Shown in pieces: positions 58,669-64,000 of a stretch of DNA of 64,000 nucleotides. Under the pieces are notes generated by a model. It worked only from the letters and a program-made list of their open reading frames with translations, searched no databases and had not been told where the DNA came from. The translations under genes and the position numbers were made by a program. Position 1 is the stretch's first letter, and each line of letters starts with the position of its first letter. Source of the DNA: an uncultured Planctomycetaceae bacterium (lineage in GTDB: Bacteria; Planctomycetota; Planctomycetia; Planctomycetales; Planctomycetaceae); assembly GCA_963813715.1 (NCBI GenBank), contig CAWFAK010000007.1, positions 416,001-480,000 of the forward strand, in the 5' to 3' direction.

Positions 58669-59105
58669 GGCTCTTCCCCTGTTGGTTGGTTTCTGGTGGC
58701 CTGGTTGTCCGTGCAATTGCACGCCGGCCAGCTCGTGCGGCCGCGGGCCTCGCTCGACAAGGCGGCGGCTGGGACTCGGGCGGCCCGTTTGGGCAACCTG
58801 AACTTCGCCCTGAATAGGGCCATCTTGGAAAGATCCCGGCAAAACTTCCACGATGAAGCCGCCATGGCGGCCCGGTCGGGGCTCGGCGCGATCCATTGCC
58901 GTCAGTGCGGGGAATTTTGCGAGTTGGTTCTGCGGCCGTAGAAACGCGGGATTGTTCGAACCAGCCGGTCGGCGGTAGCGTGACAGAAGGGACTGCCGCG
59001 CCTGGGGTTCGCCGTGCGCGCTGGGTAGCGCGCGGCCCGTCTGGGGCGGCTCGACGTGGGTATTCGCTGCCGAGTGGTCAGTTCATTACCACCCTGCCCA
59101 GGATC

Positions 59106-59995
59106 GGGACAAGTTGGGACGGGATTGATTCGAATGGGACGGCAATCGAACGGGACGGGACACGAAATCGGGACACGAGTCGTCCGGGATCGGGACACGA
59201 AGGACTTGAATCTGCCCGAGCCCCCGTGTGAACGGGGGGAGATTTCTCATCGAGTCCAAGGCAATGGCAGCAACCGGGCCGGGACGGGACACGAACGTCG
59301 GAACCGTATTGGGACACCAGGACGGGACGCACCCCACGGTTTGTCTCGCCCCGCTGGGGCTCGCGGGACCTTCGATGGGGGCTTGGGATCCAGGCCTAGT
59401 GCTCCGACCTGGGCTATAGAATCTCGCCCTTTCAGGGCTTAGGACAGGACGCGAACGCGGGACACTGGGTCGTCCGCGACGGGACGCTGTTGAAACGGGA
59501 CACGGACATTGGGACGGGACACGAACGAACGGGGACGGCCGGGACTCGGATTCGGTCCCAGCTCCGGTCTCCGCCGGTCCAATCGAATGAGTCCGGCCGT
59601 AGTCCATGTCCGGCATTGACTTACGACAAACCAAAGTCCGGTCCGGACACTTTCGCGGAAAGAGGGAACCGCAGGTGGGACGGGACTCGGACGTTGGGAC
59701 GGGACAAGTTGTTTCACCGAGAAAAGCCCGGAGAAATCGGCCCCCTCACCCCGACCCTCTCCCGGCGGACTGGGAGAGGGTGAAAGATGGGACGGGATTG
59801 GATCGGGACGGGACACGAGCGATGGGGAATGCGTTGCCGAACGAAAAACGATCGCCGCCGACGATCTGCTGGTGGTGGGGATCCGTGCGCGCATAAGGGG
59901 AAAAGGATCCCCACCACCAGCAGCGAGTCCTTCCGGGCGGTCGCGGTCCGGTTCCGACATCGTTCCGGCAGGGGACGGGACGCATCCATTGGGAC
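59106..59995 (+). repeat. Strand-biased GGGAC motif cluster interspersed with several REP-like palindromes
   Basis: ~29 GGGAC on + vs 1 on - (hand count); hairpins at 59343-59438, 59741-59783 and perfect 19-bp IR 59866-59884/59905-59923. Confidence 0.85.
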
Positions 59996-60259
59996 GGGAT
60001 CAATCGCACGCCACCGTCGTCGCCCGGTCTCGCCGGCACAAGACCGCTGACCCGTGCCCGGCTCCTGGCAGTCGGGCCTCGGCTCCCGCTGGCTCCGCGC
60101 ACCTCCGCAATTATTCAGAGGCTCTTCACCGATTCCGAACAGCGATGAGCAAGAATTCAGACGATAAAAAGGACTGTCCCCCGCCCGAAAGCTCTGGGCA
60201 CGGGGGACGAATGTAGGAAAGGGTGAACTCCACTCAATTCCAATTTGGAGCGTGATGCC

Positions 60260-61204
60260 ATGCCAACGAACCAGGGATGGGGGGTCGGCGGCGTTCGGAC
60301 AGTCTTTATCAGTGACGTCCACCTGGGCCACAAGCATTCGCAGGGCCAGCAGCTCATCCGCTTCTTGGAGGACCTTCGGCCTCAGTCGCTGTATCTTGTC
60401 GGCGACATTATCGACGGCTGGGCTTTGAGCCGTTCGGGCTGGTCGGAGGCGTGCACCGACGTGTTGCGTCGGCTCTCGGAGATGGCCGAACAGGGAACCC
60501 GGCTCTACTACACGCCGGGCAATCACGACGCCTTTCTGCGGAACAAGGACGGCCTGCGATTTGTGACGGAGCGGTTTCCGTTCGTGGAAATCGAGAACGA
60601 ATTCATCTTCGAGGCGGCCGACGGCAGGCGGTTTGTGGTCACGCACGGCGACCTGTTCGACGTGTTCGAGACGTCGGCCCAGTGGATCTCGATGTGGCTG
60701 ACCGTGTTTTACAACACGTGCCTCTCGGCCAACCGCTGGCTGAGTCGCATCCTGCGACGGAAGGGCAAAAGCCCGTACCATCTTTGTTCCGCCGGAAAGC
60801 GAGCCGTGAAACGGGTCGTGCGGTTTTTGAGCCGCTACGAGCGATCGCTGAGCGATTACGCCGGCCGCAAAGGCTGCGACGGCGTGATCTGCGGACATTT
60901 GCACACGCCGAAGATTGCCGAGCGGGACGGCTTTGTTTACTGCAACACGGGCGACTGGGTGGAGCACTGCACGGCCCTGATCGAAGGGAACGACGGCACT
61001 CTGTCGCTGTTGCAGTTCTACGGGAACCACGCGTCGAGCGTGTCGAAGCCGCGGCCGAATGCCTGTCTCGTCGCCTCGAGCCGGAGGCCGCGTTGCTTCC
61101 GCGTCAACGCGATCTGGAATCGCTCGGAATTCGCGATCGATCGGAAGAAGACGACGACGTCTGGCGCTCGAACGGATCCCTCGTGCCGGCTTGAAGGAGA
61201 TTGA
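60260..61204 (+). CDS. UDP-2,3-diacylglucosamine diphosphatase-like metallophosphoesterase (LpxH family)
   Basis: ISDVHLG, LVGDIIDGW, PGNHD, HGDLFD, CGHLH, NTGDWVE; C-terminal frame uncertain. Confidence 0.88.
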   Translation: MPTNQGWGVGGVRTVFISDVHLGHKHSQGQQLIRFLEDLRPQSLYLVGDIIDGWALSRSGWSEACTDVLRRLSEMAEQGTRLYYTPGNHDAFLRNKDGLRFVTERFPFVEIENEFIFEAADGRRFVVTHGDLFDVFETSAQWISMWLTVFYNTCLSANRWLSRILRRKGKSPYHLCSAGKRAVKRVVRFLSRYERSLSDYAGRKGCDGVICGHLHTPKIAERDGFVYCNTGDWVEHCTALIEGNDGTLSLLQFYGNHASSVSKPRPNACLVASSRRPRCFRVNAIWNRSEFAIDRKKTTTSGARTDPSCRLEGD

Positions 61205-61225
61205 CCGCGACCTCGGTCACCGGTC

Positions 61226-62834
61226 TCACTTTGTGCTCGTCTCTTTCTCCTCCCCGTGGATCTGCGCGGCTCGATCGATGTCTGCCAGCGGCAGTCGAAC
61301 GCTTCCCAGGACGAGTTTTTGGCCCTCGTTCATAACGCTGAGGAGGCAGTCGCTGCCTGCGACGTGGCGAATTCCGTAGCGATAGCGATTGGGCTCGTTG
61401 GGAATGGTCCAGATCAGCTTGCCGGTTTGCCGATTGCCAGCGTGCCGATCGACAGCGTGCGGATCGACAGTGTGCGGATCGACAGTGTGCCGATCGACAA
61501 TTCCTTGTCCGTAAACAAGCCAGCGAGTTTGATCGGGGAACCACTCGAGCGGCGCGAATAGATACGCATCCCGGGCGGCCAGAGTGGCCCGCAGGTTGCC
61601 TCCGAAATCGATGCGATCGACAAGTCGGCCCGCTTGGAGATTCCAGCACGCCAAATACGAGTGGGAGTTGTAGTAAAACAACGCCGACACTTCCCGTCCG
61701 TCGGCCGAGAACGCGATGCATTCGCAATTCATCGGGCCCGCCGGCTCGAACGCCGGAAGCGGAAGCTGTCCGGCTGGCAATCCCGAGTCGGTGCTGTAGA
61801 AGCGGAGCACCAGGCGACTCTTGTCGAACACAGCCAGGTATCGGCCGTCGGGACTGATCGCCAGCGAACTGCGGTCAAATTCCCACTCGCGCGGGAACCG
61901 CTGCACAAACTTCTGATATGGCTCGGCCACTCCGAGGATTCTGGAACGGGGCGCCCAAGCCGCAGGCGAGCAATCGGTCCCGCCCCGCCAGGGCGGCAAA
62001 GATGAGGCCGGCCGTCGGAGCATGTTGGGGCACGCGGATTCCGAGCGGCTTCTCTGCGGCGACGTCCCACACCACCAGGTCGAAAGGCTGCAAGCCCTGC
62101 GTGACAAAAATGCGGCCGTCCGGGCTCAATGTGCTCAGCGGTCGAGAGAACCCGACCAGATTTTCCGAGAGCGTCCGCAGGCCTTGGGTGGTGCCAATTC
62201 TTCGATTCGCCCGAAAGTCCCAGATCTCGCGGTGCTCGCGTCCGTTTCCGGCATTACCGACGGAGACCATGGTGCTGGGCGTCGCGGGGAAGACGATCTC
62301 CGGATTCGGGCCCTCCGGAATCGGGATGTGGACGACGTGATTCGGCGGAACCGTCGGCACTGCAGGCAGCCGTCCGATCGCCACCGCCCACGGGACGGAG
62401 ATCGGCGGCGCATCGACCTTTATCGGCGCCCCGTTGCGAGCGGGGGCTGGCCCCCTTCTGGCAAAGGCGGGTTGCCGCGCCGGTCGCCGGTTGGCGATTT
62501 TGGGCTGAGCAGGAATAGCGGGAGCCGGCGGTCGATTGGGCGCGGCATTCCGGCCGCGACGCACGACGATCAATGCCACGAGCAGTCCCAGGATCGCGAA
62601 GCCGCCCACCAGGCGGAAGGTCCAGGCCCAGAAGCGACGCGACGGCAGGCCGAGAAAATCGTCTCCTGGCGGCTCGCCGTCGATCTGGAACCCATCGTCT
62701 TTTTGCCCTTCAACCTCCGGCTCTGGAACCGTCAACTGAGCCTTGCAGTTTTCGCAATCAATAAATTGTCCGGCTCGCGCGTCGTCCACGCGCGTGGTGT
62801 GGCCACAAAATTGGCATTGAACCCGGATCGACAT
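61226..62834 (-). CDS. Zn-ribbon + TM + beta-propeller protein, frameshift near 61940
   Basis: CQFCG..CENCK zinc ribbon, TM, LSPDGR/ISPDGRY/FSADGR repeats. Confidence 0.75.
61441..61500. repeat. 15-bp tandem repeat x4 inside CDS
   Basis: (C/T)GTGC(C/G)GATCGACA(G/A) x4, encodes VDRHT/VDPHT/VDPHA/VDRHA. Confidence 0.9.
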
Positions 62835-62918
62835 GGCCCTGCTCCGCGTCACCATTCTAACCGGCTCGACGAGAGCCTGCGGGGACAATGCCAATTCCCG
62901 CATGCAAGCGAATTCGCG

Positions 62919-64000
62919 CTAAGGGGAATGGGCATCGGGCGCCGTGGGACGGTCGCCGGCGGGGGCGGAAGCCTTTTCAGTCCTCGGCGGCGACTGCGCG
63001 GTGGGCATGAACAGGCAGCCGGTCCAGAACAACCCCGCGGCCAGCAGAATGGCGGCGGGGAGGGTCAATACCCAGGCCAAGCCGATTTTCCTCAGTGTGT
63101 CTCCCCGCAGCCCGGAGTGGTTGGCGGCCATGGTGCCGGCGACGCCGGAGGAGAGAACGTGCGTGGTACTGACGGGCAGATGGGCGACGTCGGCCAGGCC
63201 GATCGTCGCGGCTGCTACGATTTCGGCCGCCGCTCCCTGTGCGTAGCTGAGGTGGGCTTTACCGATTTTCTCCGCGACGGTCACGACGATCCGCTTGTAG
63301 CCGATGGCTGTGCCGACACCGAGGGCGAGCGCAACTCCGAGAACGACCCAGTACGGCACGAACTCGATCGCCCGGGCGAATTGTTTGTCGGCGGGCGCAA
63401 GGGCCGCGAGCGTCTCGGCACTGAGCTCGGCGTTCTGGAGTGTGCGACGAAACCGAAAGATCGACTGACGAACGTTCCAGCGTTCAGCCGGCGAGACGCT
63501 GACCAGCGAAGTTTTGCCGTCGAGGGCGGAAGTGATCGCCTGCATCTGCGGGCGGATTTTGGCGGCGACCTCGGGCGATTCTTGTTCGACGATTCTGGGT
63601 ACCGATTCCGCAGCGCTAGCCACGGCTTGGGCGAGCCCGGGATCGTGCACGTTGAGGGAATAGTAGTTCGGCAGGAATCCGATCAGCACCAGGAGAATCA
63701 GCCCCATCCCCTTCTGGCCGTCGTTGGAGCCGTGGGCCAGGCTGACGCCGCCGCAGGTCGCCAGCAGCACGCCGCGAATCCAGTGCGGCGGGTTATCGCC
63801 TTCGCCGGGCGGGTGGTAGAGGTTGGGGCTTTTGAAGATTCGCTTCATCAAGAGGAGCAGGCCGGCGGCGAAGCAGAACCCGATGACCGGCGAGATCAAA
63901 AGCGCGATCGCAACCTCGACCGCCTTGCCCCAGTTGACCCCGCTGACGTCGTGCCGCGTGAGCAGGCTATTGGCCAGGCCGACGCCGAGGATCGATCCGA
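62919..64000 (-). CDS. Inorganic phosphate transporter (PiT family), 5' part outside window
   Basis: HGSNDGQKGMG and LPVSTTHVLSSG signatures. Confidence 0.93.
   Translation of the reverse strand, partial: GSILGVGLANSLLTRHDVSGVNWGKAVEVAIALLISPVIGFCFAAGLLLLMKRIFKSPNLYHPPGEGDNPPHWIRGVLLATCGGVSLAHGSNDGQKGMGLILLVLIGFLPNYYSLNVHDPGLAQAVASAAESVPRIVEQESPEVAAKIRPQMQAITSALDGKTSLVSVSPAERWNVRQSIFRFRRTLQNAELSAETLAALAPADKQFARAIEFVPYWVVLGVALALGVGTAIGYKRIVVTVAEKIGKAHLSYAQGAAAEIVAAATIGLADVAHLPVSTTHVLSSGVAGTMAANHSGLRGDTLRKIGLAWVLTLPAAILLAAGLFWTGCLFMPTAQSPPRTEKASAPAGDRPTAPDAHSP

Noticed and set aside
59106..59995. CRISPR array or protein-coding ORFs in the GGGAC region
   Set aside because: Motif is only 5-10 bp with irregular spacing; ORFs are low-complexity by-products without RBS or host codon pattern

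Overview
GC-rich bacterial chromosomal segment, almost certainly from a Planctomycetota (DUF1501 + PSD1/DUF1549-DUF1553 cytochrome pair, YTV-repeat protein, planctomycete-type TolC and WD40 proteins). Many genes carry single-base frameshifts, most likely unpolished long-read errors. Gene content is mostly ordinary: oxidative-stress genes, ABC transporter, ABC-F, two hybrid kinases, three tandem TolC genes, an EmrAB-TolC-like pump, VKOR/DsbA, EAL-HDOD, an LpxH-like hydrolase and a PiT transporter. The most striking structure is at 19.0-22.1 kb. It is a degenerate tandem array of ~200-bp non-coding repeats that can be rebuilt by removing three insertions. Two of these are transposase-less gene cassettes with short inverted ends and 8-/9-bp target duplications (IS1595-like and IS1-like ends). 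The third is an IS1111-type IS110 element inserted at a TG core in a repeat hairpin. Motifs from this array recur in a strand-biased GGGAC/REP mosaic at 59.1-60.0 kb. A second IS sits exactly in a REP hairpin loop. The Cys-rich YTV protein has two mirror-length repeat arms suggesting a very long beta-hairpin. All calls come from reading the sequence by eye; no database searches were run.
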